Part shown: one piece after another, positions 1 to 9,122 of the stretch
How the letters are laid out: the number at the start of each line of letters is the position of its first letter
Numbering within the stretch: the first letter of the stretch is position 1
Source: an uncultured Candidatus Binatia bacterium
GTDB lineage: Bacteria > Desulfobacterota > Binatia > Bin18
Direction: 5' to 3'
Length of the DNA: 64,000 bases
Assembly: GCA_965214605.1 (NCBI GenBank)
Contig: OZ243961.1
Coordinates: 768,001-832,000 of the forward strand
The notes under the pieces: generated by a model
What the model saw: only the letters and a program-made list of their open reading frames with translations
Told to the model about the DNA's origin: nothing
Databases searched by the model: none
Program-made: the position numbers and the translations under genes

Positions 1-1043
1 ATCATAAAAGTCATCTGCCCGCCAATGCCCGAGTACATCTGGGGACCGAGCGATTCAGCCGCGGCCTGCCCTGTCAGGTCAATGGCTAAGGTGCTGTTCA
101 CCGCGACCTGATGGTTTTGGGCGGCGATATTCAGCAGCGAGTTCGTGTACAGCACGCTATACAGCTCAAAGACCGGATTATTATCCACAAACTCCAGGTC
201 GGCTCCCCCCACGACCATAGCGGCGACGGCTTTGCCCTGGTGCACGGCTTTGTACTTGCCGGTTGCGACACCGCGTTTCACCAGCTCAACATGACTGGCG
301 GTCATGATCTCGCTATGGACGCCGAGATCGTTACGGTCCATCAGAAACAGTCCGATCGCCTCGGAAATGGCCCCGATGCCCATCTGGACCGTATCGCCGT
401 CATGAATCAAGCCGGCGGCAAATTCGCCGATCACTTCAAGCGTACCCTGCTCTTCCGCCGGCGGCGGGGCCGTACCGACCGGAAAGGGGGCGGTTTCCTC
501 AACGAGATAGTCAATCTCTGAGACATGAATCCAATTATCACCATGGGTACGGATGAAGGTCGGATCGACCTCGGCAACAAAGCATCTGGCCGCTCTGGCG
601 GCGTCTTTGTTGTACCATAAAGCGTTGCCAAAGCTGCAGTAGCCCCGCTCATCGGGCGGAGAAACCACACCGTAGAAGATATCGGCCTGCCAGGTGTTGG
701 TGCGGCCGTCTTCGGCCTGCTTGGCATACTGGGGATAATCCAGGGGCAGAAAGTCGACATAGTGTTTCTGCATGCCTTGGCGGCAGCCCGCCCCTACATA
801 GTCCACAATCAGGTGAAAGGACTGGTCATAGCCCGGTTCGTTCCAGATCGGGTGGCTGTACAGCGGATAGCACTGAATCAACGTCACGCTCTCGAGCTGG
901 CCGTTGCGTTTGGCTAGGGCATCGAGAATGGGAATAGGTGGTTTACCGATATGGAGCCGGACGAGTTGGCCGGATTGAGTCAGGCGTGCCGCCTGCTCAG
1001 CAGAAATGAGTTTATCTCTATAGGTGTGTTGCCAGGGTTCCAT
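1..1043 (-). CDS. Acetyl-CoA hydrolase/transferase family protein (4-hydroxybutyrate CoA-transferase-like), 3' end runs off the window
   Basis: Absent from the ORF track because there is no stop in the window. Manual translation from ATG 1043 gives MEPWQHTYRDKLISAEQAA... and, at the window edge, VAVNSTLAIDLTGQAAAESLGPQMYSGIGGQMTFM, the family C-terminal motif. GGAG RBS upstream. Confidence 0.88.
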   Translation of the reverse strand, partial: MEPWQHTYRDKLISAEQAARLTQSGQLVRLHIGKPPIPILDALAKRNGQLESVTLIQCYPLYSHPIWNEPGYDQSFHLIVDYVGAGCRQGMQKHYVDFLPLDYPQYAKQAEDGRTNTWQADIFYGVVSPPDERGYCSFGNALWYNKDAARAARCFVAEVDPTFIRTHGDNWIHVSEIDYLVEETAPFPVGTAPPPAEEQGTLEVIGEFAAGLIHDGDTVQMGIGAISEAIGLFLMDRNDLGVHSEIMTASHVELVKRGVATGKYKAVHQGKAVAAMVVGGADLEFVDNNPVFELYSVLYTNSLLNIAAQNHQVAVNSTLAIDLTGQAAAESLGPQMYSGIGGQMTFM

Positions 1044-1072
1044 GTGTCTCTTCTCCAAATTCGTCCGGGACA

Positions 1073-1840
1073 CTACCCCACCAGACTATGTCCGCCATCG
1101 ACAAACAAGGTGGTACCCGTCATAAACGTATTGGCATCCGAAGCCAGAAAGATCACCGAGGGTTTGATCTCTGAAGGATTGCCGACTCGTTGCATCGGAA
1201 TCTTAGCGATAATGCCCTTCCCCCCTTTAGTCTCCCAGAAACCAGCGTTCATCGGTGTCTCAAAATAGCCCGGACACAGGGCATTCACCCGGATGTTGTC
1301 CCGGGCCCATTCGAGTGCCAGCGTCCGGGTAAAATGGACCAGAGCAGCCTTGGTCGCCCCGTAGGCCGCCATATAGCGGGCGACGATCCGTGAGAACAGC
1401 GAGGAGACGTTGATGATTGTGCCTTTTTTGCGCTTGGCCATTTCCGCCCCGACGTGTTTGGCACAGAACACCGGCCCTTTCAGATTCAGGTTCATATAGC
1501 TGTCCCACTCCTCCTCGACCAGATCCCGAATCGGCGTCGTGCCCCCCATACCTGCGTTATTGATCAAAATATCGATCCGGCCGTACTCAGCCATGACCTG
1601 CCCGACCATACGCTCAATATCGGCTTCCTTGGTCACGTCGGCCGCCACGCCAATGACCCGGCGACCGCTCGCCCGGCGCATCTCTGCCGAGACCCTGTCG
1701 AGGTCGGCCTGGGTACGGCTAATCAGCGCGAGATCCGCCCCAGCCTCGGCTAGGCCATACGCCATCTGCTCGCCTAAACCTTTGCTCCCGCCGGTAATGA
1801 GAGCAACTTTGCCCGTTAGGTCAAAATAGGGAAGTGTCAT
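1073..1840 (-). CDS. SDR family oxidoreductase (gluconate 5-dehydrogenase/FabG-like)
   Basis: TGGSKGLG, NNAG, NVSS and YGATK motifs. Start placed at ATG 1840 (MTLPYFDL) after a GAGG RBS. Confidence 0.92.
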   Translation of the reverse strand: MTLPYFDLTGKVALITGGSKGLGEQMAYGLAEAGADLALISRTQADLDRVSAEMRRASGRRVIGVAADVTKEADIERMVGQVMAEYGRIDILINNAGMGGTTPIRDLVEEEWDSYMNLNLKGPVFCAKHVGAEMAKRKKGTIINVSSLFSRIVARYMAAYGATKAALVHFTRTLALEWARDNIRVNALCPGYFETPMNAGFWETKGGKGIIAKIPMQRVGNPSEIKPSVIFLASDANTFMTGTTLFVDGGHSLVG

Positions 1841-1872
1841 ACAACTTTCCTCAGTCAGCAGTCTGTCCGTCT

Positions 1873-3021
1873 TCAGCACCCCAGCTGCCGGGCAATCACC
1901 ATCCGCTGCACCTCGCTGGTGCCCTCGCCAATGGTCAGGATCTTCGAATCAAGATAGAAACGCGAAACCGGAAAGTCGCGCGTATAGCCGTAACCCCCGT
2001 GAATTTGGACCGCTTCTTCAGCTGCCTTGACCGCAATCTCCGATGAGGCCAGCTTGGCCATAGCGGCCTCTTTAGCATACGGACGGCCCTGGTCGCGCAA
2101 CCCCGCGGCGCGGTAGACCATGAGTCTGGCCATATCGACCTGGGTCGCCATATCCGCCAGCTTAAACTGAATCGCCTGGTGCGAGGCCAGCGGCTTCCCA
2201 AACGTTTTGCGCTCTTGGGCGTACTGGAGTGACATATTCAGGCACGCCTCGGCCAGAGACAGGCCAAGCGTGGCAACCGAGATCCGACCACACTCCAAGG
2301 TCTTGAGAAAGGCTCGAAAGCCTGAGCCGTCCTCGCCCAACAGATTGTCGCGGGGAACCCGCACATCCTCAAACACCTGCTCGCGGGTATCAACCGTATG
2401 CCATCCGATCTTTTTGTACGGCTTACCGATCGTATAGCCAGGCGTGTCTTTGGGAATAATAATGGCTCGATAGGCTCGTTTTCCGTTCTCGCCTGCATGG
2501 TCGGCGGTCAGCGCTACGAGTCCATAGCTGAGCGGTGTTCCGGCGTTTGAGATAAAACACTTGGTGCCGTTGACGACCCACGAGTCGCCATCCAGATATG
2601 AGGTGGTATGGATATTGGCCGCGTCGGAGCCGGCCTGCGGTTCGGTCAGGCCAAACGCCCCTAAACGTTCCCCGCGCGCCAGTGGAGTGAGCCACTTGTG
2701 CTTCTGTTCCTCAGTGCCAAAGTGCAAAAAGGGCAAAGAACCGATCGTTAGATGGGCTTGCAGCGTGGTGGCAATCGATTGATCCACCTTGCCGAGCTCT
2801 TCGAGGGCCGCCACCATGGCCATGGTGCCGGCACCAGTGCCACCGTACTCCTTGGGGATGAGTAGGCCCATCAGTTGGAGGTCTGCCAGCTTGTGAAAGA
2901 TCTCGGCCGGAAAATACTCGGCATCAAACCATTCATCGGCGTAGGGCGCGATCTCTTTGTGGGCGAAATCGCGGATCATATCCTTCAGCATCTGCTGTTC
3001 AGCCGTCAGTTCAAAGTCCAT
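1873..3021 (-). CDS. Acyl-CoA dehydrogenase
   Basis: FGLTEPQAGSDA, NGTKCFISN, QIHGGYGY and IGEGTSEVQR motifs. Confidence 0.95.
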   Translation of the reverse strand: MDFELTAEQQMLKDMIRDFAHKEIAPYADEWFDAEYFPAEIFHKLADLQLMGLLIPKEYGGTGAGTMAMVAALEELGKVDQSIATTLQAHLTIGSLPFLHFGTEEQKHKWLTPLARGERLGAFGLTEPQAGSDAANIHTTSYLDGDSWVVNGTKCFISNAGTPLSYGLVALTADHAGENGKRAYRAIIIPKDTPGYTIGKPYKKIGWHTVDTREQVFEDVRVPRDNLLGEDGSGFRAFLKTLECGRISVATLGLSLAEACLNMSLQYAQERKTFGKPLASHQAIQFKLADMATQVDMARLMVYRAAGLRDQGRPYAKEAAMAKLASSEIAVKAAEEAVQIHGGYGYTRDFPVSRFYLDSKILTIGEGTSEVQRMVIARQLGC

Positions 3022-3149
3022 ACATCCTCACCCCTCTTGAGATTGTGTCCATCCGGCATCTTTCCTCCGGCCCTGCCTAAAGTCAAGCAGAAATGCCACG
3101 CGTTAACGCGCATCGACTAGGAGCGGTGTTCTTGTATCTTCAAGTTGGG

Positions 3150-3177
3150 GCTGATAGCTGACTGCTGACCGCTGACA
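3150..3177 (+). repeat. Tandem heptamer repeat (GCTGAYN) x4
   Basis: GCTGATA-GCTGACT-GCTGACC-GCTGACA directly upstream of the AGGAGG RBS of the LLM gene. Confidence 0.8.
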
Positions 3178-3191
3178 CGAAGGAGGACAGT

Positions 3192-4136
3192 ATGGTACGC
3201 CCTATTCAATTTGGTCTGTTCCAGCCCCAGGTCGGGCTTCCCTTCCCGGCCATCACTGAGCGCGCGCTGGCATGTGAGGCTGCCGGCTTTCACTCGATTT
3301 GGGTGACCGATCACATGTGGGTCGGCGGGATTCCACAGGTTGATTTCTTAGAAGGCTGGACACTCATGTCGGCGCTGGCAGCCAGCACCAACACGATCCG
3401 AATCGGCAGTCTGGTGATGTGTAATTCGTTTCGTAATCCGGCCTTCTTAGCCAAAATGGCCGCCTCGCTCGATAACATCAGCCAGGGTCGGCTCGAGCTC
3501 GGGCTTGGCGCGGGCTGGATGAAAGCCGAGTATCTAGGATACGGCTACGACTTCCCATCCGGCGGAACGCGGGCAGAGCAACTCAGAGAAGGGGTCGAGA
3601 TTATCAAAAAGATGTTCACGGAGGAAAAAGCCTCCTACCGGGGCGAGCACTATACGATCAGCGGGGCGTACAATAATCCGAAACCGCTCCAGAAACCCTA
3701 TCCCCCCATTACCATTGGGGCGGCGGCCGAACGCAGAATGCTCAAAACCGTAGCCCAGCACGCCGACCGCTGGAACTGTCCGGCCGCGGTTGCGCATCGG
3801 ATTGAAAAGAAATGGGGGGTCATTACCGAGCACTGCAGAACGGTCGGACGCGACCCGGCAGAGATCGAAATCTCTGAACAGGTGGTCGTGGTATTGGGTA
3901 AAGACGAGGCGGCCTTTGAGGCCAAATGGCCGATCGCCAAAAAGACTCTGGGCCGGCTAGCCGACCTCGACAAGACGGCCCTGCGCGGCACGCCGGCCCA
4001 GGTCATTGAAGGCATCAAGGAGAAAAACGCAAAAGGGGTCAGCCTGTTCACAATGATTTTCAGCGATACGATCCAGAGCGATTTTTTGGACACGCTCGAA
4101 CTGTTTGCGGGCGAGGTGATGCCCGCCTTTCAGTAA
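3192..4136 (+). CDS. LLM class flavin/F420-dependent oxidoreductase
   Basis: GFHSIWVTDH, RNPAFLAKMAASLDNISQGRLELGLGAGW and C-terminal FAGEVMPAF motifs. Confidence 0.92.
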   Translation: MVRPIQFGLFQPQVGLPFPAITERALACEAAGFHSIWVTDHMWVGGIPQVDFLEGWTLMSALAASTNTIRIGSLVMCNSFRNPAFLAKMAASLDNISQGRLELGLGAGWMKAEYLGYGYDFPSGGTRAEQLREGVEIIKKMFTEEKASYRGEHYTISGAYNNPKPLQKPYPPITIGAAAERRMLKTVAQHADRWNCPAAVAHRIEKKWGVITEHCRTVGRDPAEIEISEQVVVVLGKDEAAFEAKWPIAKKTLGRLADLDKTALRGTPAQVIEGIKEKNAKGVSLFTMIFSDTIQSDFLDTLELFAGEVMPAFQ

Positions 4137-4145
4137 GCCGGGAGA

Positions 4146-4174
4146 AGAGGTGGCGGCAGAGCCGCCGCTCTTTT
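4146..4174 (+). terminator. Probable intrinsic terminator after the LLM gene
   Basis: GAG-G-TGGCGGC-aga-GCCGCCG-CTC stem followed by TTTT, about 10 nt after the stop codon. Confidence 0.55.
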
Positions 4175-4283
4175 CAGCTCTGTTCCGGCTGAGCCCAGCC
4201 AGGCCAGCGTCATACGCAGCGGCAAGAGTTCCTGACTCAGGAGATTGATCATCAGCCCTACTGTCTTAAGGGCGACGGATGCA

Positions 4284-4312
4284 CCCACTCCCATCGGAGA
4301 GGGGGTGGTGCG
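4284..4312. repeat. Degenerate copy of the CCCTCTCCC-N3-GGGAGAGGG REP-like palindrome
   Basis: cccactccc-atc-ggagaggg-ggtggtgcg resembles the copies at 15915 and 17044. Confidence 0.4.
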
Positions 4313-4516
4313 GTCTGCTAGGGCAAAACGGTCCTCAGACATGGGAATAGTTCGCTAGGGGTGAGTTCCTTCTTTGAAGCTTCATTTTAAGAGCACGCCA
4401 GACATCTTCAGCGAAGACGTCCTGTAAAGCGGCGAACGTCACCCGCTTGTCCTCTTTCCGTCGGCCGGTTCACCCGATGAGCCGGACATATGGCAGACCC
4501 ATGGCCCCCCCTTCAG

Positions 4517-5581
4517 CTACATCTTCTTTATAATCGCTTGAGAAAACGACTTAATCGTTCCCTTTGGATCGGTTACTGGCTGAATCGCGACTTGGTTGAT
4601 CCCGGCCTGTTTCATCGCCCGGATTGACGCAATGACTTCGTCACGGGTGCCGGTCAGGGTTGTCGCGCGAATCATCTTTTTGGTGATCAGCGGCACGTGC
4701 TCTTTTTTGAGGCCACGCAGATAATCGCGGTAGAGTTTGAGGTGGCGGGTCTCGATCGATCCCATGGGCTCGCGGTAGGCATACTTAAATGCCATCACGT
4801 CATCGCGCAAATCGTCGGGGAGCACAGCGGGGTCTGGACAGGAAAAGGCGTACAGATTGCTTGACGACGCCACAAACGGGCCAACCGCTTTTCGGACGGC
4901 GGCCGTTTCCAGGTTTTCACCGGGTTTGGTCAGGTGAAACGTGGTCATGCACACCGCGTAGATCCGCTTGGGATTACGCCCTGCCCGTTCGGCTCCGCGT
5001 TCGACGTGGCCGAGGACAAAGCGAATCAGGCTGGGGCTGACCGCGCCAAACAGAATCACGCCATCGGCCACTTCACCCGCCATTTCTAGACTCTTGGGCC
5101 CACTCCCAGCCACATAGATCGGCACTTTTTTACGAATGTTGATCGCACCGGCCCCGGGATTCAGGAAGGTGATCATTCGCCGACGGCCGGCCTCTTGGTA
5201 GGGCACGGTCTTCCCCGCCAGCAAGCCCTTACACACCTCAATATATTGGCGCATATCGCTTACCCGAGCGGCCGGCATACCCAGAGTCCGTCTAGCCGTA
5301 TTACCAGTCCCGATGCCTAAAATGACGCGTCCCGGCGCAAGGGCGTTGATTGAGGCGATCGAACACGCCGTCAGCGGAGCGATCCGTGAGACCGGATTTG
5401 TCACGCCCGGTCCGAGTTTAATCGTCCTGGTCTTGTCCGCACACAGGGCCAACGCCGCATACACATCGCTGGTCAACATCTGGGAGTCGTACAACCAGGC
5501 GTGCGAAAACCCGCGCCTCTCGGCCCGCATCACGTCCTTGTAGGCGTCGACCGAGCCAAAACCGACATAGCCAAAATCCAT
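4517..5581 (-). CDS. LLM class oxidoreductase (Mer-like)
   Basis: AERRGFSHAWLYDSQM, LGPGVTNP, GRVILGIGTG and IYVAGSGPKSLEMAGEVADG. Start at ATG 5581 (MDFGYVG). Confidence 0.9.
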   Translation of the reverse strand: MDFGYVGFGSVDAYKDVMRAERRGFSHAWLYDSQMLTSDVYAALALCADKTRTIKLGPGVTNPVSRIAPLTACSIASINALAPGRVILGIGTGNTARRTLGMPAARVSDMRQYIEVCKGLLAGKTVPYQEAGRRRMITFLNPGAGAINIRKKVPIYVAGSGPKSLEMAGEVADGVILFGAVSPSLIRFVLGHVERGAERAGRNPKRIYAVCMTTFHLTKPGENLETAAVRKAVGPFVASSSNLYAFSCPDPAVLPDDLRDDVMAFKYAYREPMGSIETRHLKLYRDYLRGLKKEHVPLITKKMIRATTLTGTRDEVIASIRAMKQAGINQVAIQPVTDPKGTIKSFSQAIIKKM

Positions 5582-5595
5582 ACTCCGCCCCCTCC

Positions 5596-6978
5596 TCACT
5601 CCGCTGACAGCAGGCCGGTCAATGCCTGCATGGAGGTCTCGTGCTCAAGCTGTTGGACCGCATCTTTCACCCGTTCGCCGTGTGACGCCTGCCAGACGCC
5701 GTCGACCAGGGCTTGGTACTTGTCGACGAGTTCTTGCCAAGATAGGGGATTATCCGGGTCACCCTTGGGAAAGCGCACCCGAGCGCTGACCTCACGGCCA
5801 TCGCTGCACTGCATCCGTGCCCAGGCCGGCCATTCCCGAGGAAAGCGTTCTTCTAAAGTCGGGTCGGGAGTATAGGCAACCTTGGGCATCAAGGCCAGCA
5901 CTTCGGCATCGTGCAGCACGGGCGCAGAGAACTCTTCCAGACCGGCCCTGCGCCTGCTGATCGCAACCGCTACGCCAAAAGGGAGACTGAACTGTGCCTC
6001 GACAACGTTGGCCGGGTGGTAGGTGCGGTCGGTCGGCTCGCAAATAACGGGAATACCTGTCTCTAGCATACCGATGGTGACGGTGCGAACATCGTCGGGT
6101 CGAAGTTGATGGCGCTGAACGAGGTCCAGCACAGCATCGATCGGAGCCTGGGTGTAGCGGCAACACGCGTGCGGTTTGACGGCGGTATGCAGAATCTGGA
6201 AATCGGTGCCCAGGCCAGCGGTCAGCCGGGAGGGATCGGGAGCGTCAGAATAGGCTTTGAGAAAACCGTCCCGTCCTTCAATGATCGTGGCCGGTCCGAC
6301 AAAACCCGCCTTGGCCAGCAACGCGGCGTGAATACCGCTAAACGCCGCCCAACCTGGGTGCAGCCGTTTCGTCCAGGCGCCCTGAGCCAAAAATTCCATT
6401 GAGCCCGCGGCTTGGCTACCGGCAATGCCCATGGCGGACAGCAGCTGATCATGGCTCAGCCTCAGCAGGCGGCCAGCACTGACCGCCGCCCCAAACGTGC
6501 CGCACGTCGCGGTTGGATGAAAGCCACGGGCATAATGTGCTTTGGGGGTGACCGCCAGAGCTAGACGCGCCGCCGCTTCAAAACCGGCCACCGCGGCGGT
6601 GAGAAAGGCCGGTCCGCTCGCCCCAAGCTGCTCGGCGACCGCTAGAGCCGCGGAAAACACGCTCACCCCGAGATGGATCGATCCGCCTTGGTGGGTATCG
6701 TCCAGCTCCAGACTATGGGCGGCGGTGCCGTTGGCCAGGGCCGCGTACGGCGTAGCGGTTTTTTCAGGGCGCCCCAGTATCGTCCCGCTGCCAGGAGTTT
6801 CCGGTCCAGCGGCGAGTCGATACACGGGCTGGCTCGACTCCGACAGCGAACCGCGCACCGCAACCCCCAGATAATCAAGGAAAAAATATTTGGCCCGGTC
6901 AACCACGTCTGTAGGCAGTTGGTGAAAGTCCAAGCCGTGGCAGAAAGCCGTTAGCTGCCGAGTCAGTGGAGTGTCCAT
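5596..6978 (-). CDS. MmgE/PrpD family protein
   Basis: AALANGTAAHSLELDDTH, GFHPT, KRLHPG, KPHACC, AQFSLPF and PKGDPDNPLS motifs. Confidence 0.93.
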   Translation of the reverse strand: MDTPLTRQLTAFCHGLDFHQLPTDVVDRAKYFFLDYLGVAVRGSLSESSQPVYRLAAGPETPGSGTILGRPEKTATPYAALANGTAAHSLELDDTHQGGSIHLGVSVFSAALAVAEQLGASGPAFLTAAVAGFEAAARLALAVTPKAHYARGFHPTATCGTFGAAVSAGRLLRLSHDQLLSAMGIAGSQAAGSMEFLAQGAWTKRLHPGWAAFSGIHAALLAKAGFVGPATIIEGRDGFLKAYSDAPDPSRLTAGLGTDFQILHTAVKPHACCRYTQAPIDAVLDLVQRHQLRPDDVRTVTIGMLETGIPVICEPTDRTYHPANVVEAQFSLPFGVAVAISRRRAGLEEFSAPVLHDAEVLALMPKVAYTPDPTLEERFPREWPAWARMQCSDGREVSARVRFPKGDPDNPLSWQELVDKYQALVDGVWQASHGERVKDAVQQLEHETSMQALTGLLSAE

Positions 6979-7059
6979 GCACAGCCTCTTCGTCTGTCAG
7001 TCCCACCTTATGAGAACGTTTTTACCATGGGACTGTCGCTCTTTGCTTTGGTTCGCCCC

Positions 7060-8073
7060 TCACAGCTTCGGAATCACCCGTTCCCCAAAGGTCTGGAGGG
7101 CACCGATCGTCGCCTCATGCGACGGGCCGCCGGGCTGCCGAAAGCGGAGGATCAAATAATCGGGCTGGATTTCCTCTTTCCAGTGGAGTAGTTGCTCTAG
7201 GCAGTCGTTCGGTCCGCCGACAATCAGCCGGTCTTTAGCGGTCTGGCTAAACGTCAGGTCTTCCGGTTTTTTGACGTCTTTCAGATACACGTCGGGGACG
7301 TAGGCGCCGTACTGAAAGTAAAAACGGTGGGTATACATAGTCGGCCCACTAGCGGCCTCGGCCGCGTCCATACTGTCGGCGATAATGGCGTCCCGCATCA
7401 GACAGATATACGGCGTGCGGCCCGCCTTTTGTGCCGCAGCCCGGTAACGGGCGGCATAGTCTTTAATCACTGGCAGAGACTGCACCGGATCGGCGATCCA
7501 GCCGTCGGCCATTCTCCCCGCCCGGCGCAGACCGACCGGCGTCCACGAGGCCATCCAGATCGGCGGGCCGGCCGGCTGGGAGGGGGTCGGCGTAATCAGC
7601 GTATCCGTGTACCGAAAGTGTTGGCCCTCATACGAAAAGCGCTCTCCCGTCCACGCGCGACGAATGATATCCATTGCCTCTTCGGTCCGAGAGGCACGTT
7701 CGCTGATAGGGATGCCAAAGGCCTCAAAATCGTGCGGTTGATAGCCAACGCCGAGGCTGAGGATGAGCCGCCCCCGCGTCGCTAAATCGATCACCGCGCA
7801 GTCTTCGGCTACGTGGACGGGATGGTGAAGCGGTATAAGCAGGACGCAGGTACCGACCTTGATGCGCCGGGTTTTCATCCCGATCAAGCCGGCTAGCAGT
7901 AACGGATTGGGAAGATAACCGTCCTCTTGCTGGTGATGTTCGGTAATGAAACACCCGTCCCAGCCGCTAGCCTCAGCGGCCTGGGCTTCAGCTACCAGCT
8001 CATCAATCACACGGGCCATATTCTGTCCGGACGGGGGATTTTGGGTGCACGGTAGGTAGCCGACGGGAAGCAT
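7060..8073 (-). CDS. LLM class flavin-dependent oxidoreductase
   Basis: FITEHHQQEDGYLPNP, PLHHPVHVAED, GRLILSLGVGY and FGERVIPKL. Confidence 0.92.
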   Translation of the reverse strand: MLPVGYLPCTQNPPSGQNMARVIDELVAEAQAAEASGWDGCFITEHHQQEDGYLPNPLLLAGLIGMKTRRIKVGTCVLLIPLHHPVHVAEDCAVIDLATRGRLILSLGVGYQPHDFEAFGIPISERASRTEEAMDIIRRAWTGERFSYEGQHFRYTDTLITPTPSQPAGPPIWMASWTPVGLRRAGRMADGWIADPVQSLPVIKDYAARYRAAAQKAGRTPYICLMRDAIIADSMDAAEAASGPTMYTHRFYFQYGAYVPDVYLKDVKKPEDLTFSQTAKDRLIVGGPNDCLEQLLHWKEEIQPDYLILRFRQPGGPSHEATIGALQTFGERVIPKL

Positions 8074-8254
8074 GCTCGTTCTCCTTGTGTGTTGGCGCTA
8101 GACGCACCTAGGAAAGCAAAAAGCCGACAGCTTGTCCATCGTGTAGCTCCAGGTTTGAGAATCGGTTAATATACGCCCCTTCAGAGCCGCCTCATTTGTG
8201 CCAACGGCCCACAAGTTGGGAGGTATATTGATTGTTTGGTCTCGGGATGAGCGC

Positions 8255-9115
8255 ATGAAACTGTACGCCATCAGCGATCTCCATCTCGGCTATCAAGCCA
8301 ACCGCCAAGCCTTGGAGCAGCTCCCGGCACACCCGGAAGATTGGCTTATCCTTGGCGGTGATGTGGGTGAGACCGCCGAGCATTTGGAGTTCGCCTTTCG
8401 CGTGCTGAGCCCCCGCTTTCGGCAGCTCGTTTGGGTTCCCGGCAACCACGAACTGTGGACCACGTCGACCGACGGCCGCTCCGTACGCGGCCGGGAAAAA
8501 TATCAACAGCTCATCGCCGTGTGTCGCTCGTATGAGGTCTTGACTCCCGAAGATCCGTACCCGGTCTGGACAGGAGAAGGCGGGCCGTGTGTTCTGGCCC
8601 CGCTGTTTTTGCTGTACGATTACAGCTTCCGCCCGACCCATATTCCGACCCATCAGGCGGTGGCTTGGGCACGGGAATCGGGCGTTCTATGTGCCGATGA
8701 AAAGCGGCTGTCCCCCGCCCCCTACCCTTCTATCCCGGCCTGGTGTCGGGCGCGCTGCAGGCTGACCGCAGAACGCCTCTCCCATGTATCGGCCGAGTAC
8801 CCGCTGGTGCTGGTGAACCACTTTCCGTTTCGCCAAGACCTAATCCGCCTGTCTAAGATTCCACGTTTTGCGATTTGGTGCGGGACCGCGCAAACCGAAG
8901 ACTGGCATCAACGGTTCCGGGTCCTGGCGGTGGTGTCCGGCCACCTGCATATGCGGGCGACCGACTGGCGCGACGGGGTTCGGTTTGAGGAGGTCTCGCT
9001 TGGCTATCCCCGCCACTGGAGACAAGACAGGGGCCTAGGCCACTATGTGCGACAGATTCTGCCCGGACCGCCCACCCCGACAAGTGGCCATGGTGGTCCG
9101 CAGTGGCACCGCTAG
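8255..9115 (+). CDS. Calcineurin-like metallophosphoesterase, PptH (Rv2795c)-like phosphopantetheinyl hydrolase
   Basis: AISDLH, GDV, WVPGNHELW, LFLLYDYSF, LVNHFP, WCGT, GHLH and DGVRFEEVSLGYP match the recalled M. tuberculosis Rv2795c sequence along its length. Start at ATG 8255. Confidence 0.85.
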   Translation: MKLYAISDLHLGYQANRQALEQLPAHPEDWLILGGDVGETAEHLEFAFRVLSPRFRQLVWVPGNHELWTTSTDGRSVRGREKYQQLIAVCRSYEVLTPEDPYPVWTGEGGPCVLAPLFLLYDYSFRPTHIPTHQAVAWARESGVLCADEKRLSPAPYPSIPAWCRARCRLTAERLSHVSAEYPLVLVNHFPFRQDLIRLSKIPRFAIWCGTAQTEDWHQRFRVLAVVSGHLHMRATDWRDGVRFEEVSLGYPRHWRQDRGLGHYVRQILPGPPTPTSGHGGPQWHR

Positions 9116-9122
9116 GCATCGC

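Noticed and set aside
111-760. ORF-track entries 111-521 (+) and 431-760 (-)
   Set aside because: They overlap the real acetyl-CoA hydrolase/transferase frame at 1-1043 and have no motifs.
3083-3098. sigma54-like site TGGCATTTCTGCTTGA on the minus strand (similar one near 21642)
   Set aside because: Spacing is one base off the strict GG-N10-GC rule, and this site has GA rather than GC.
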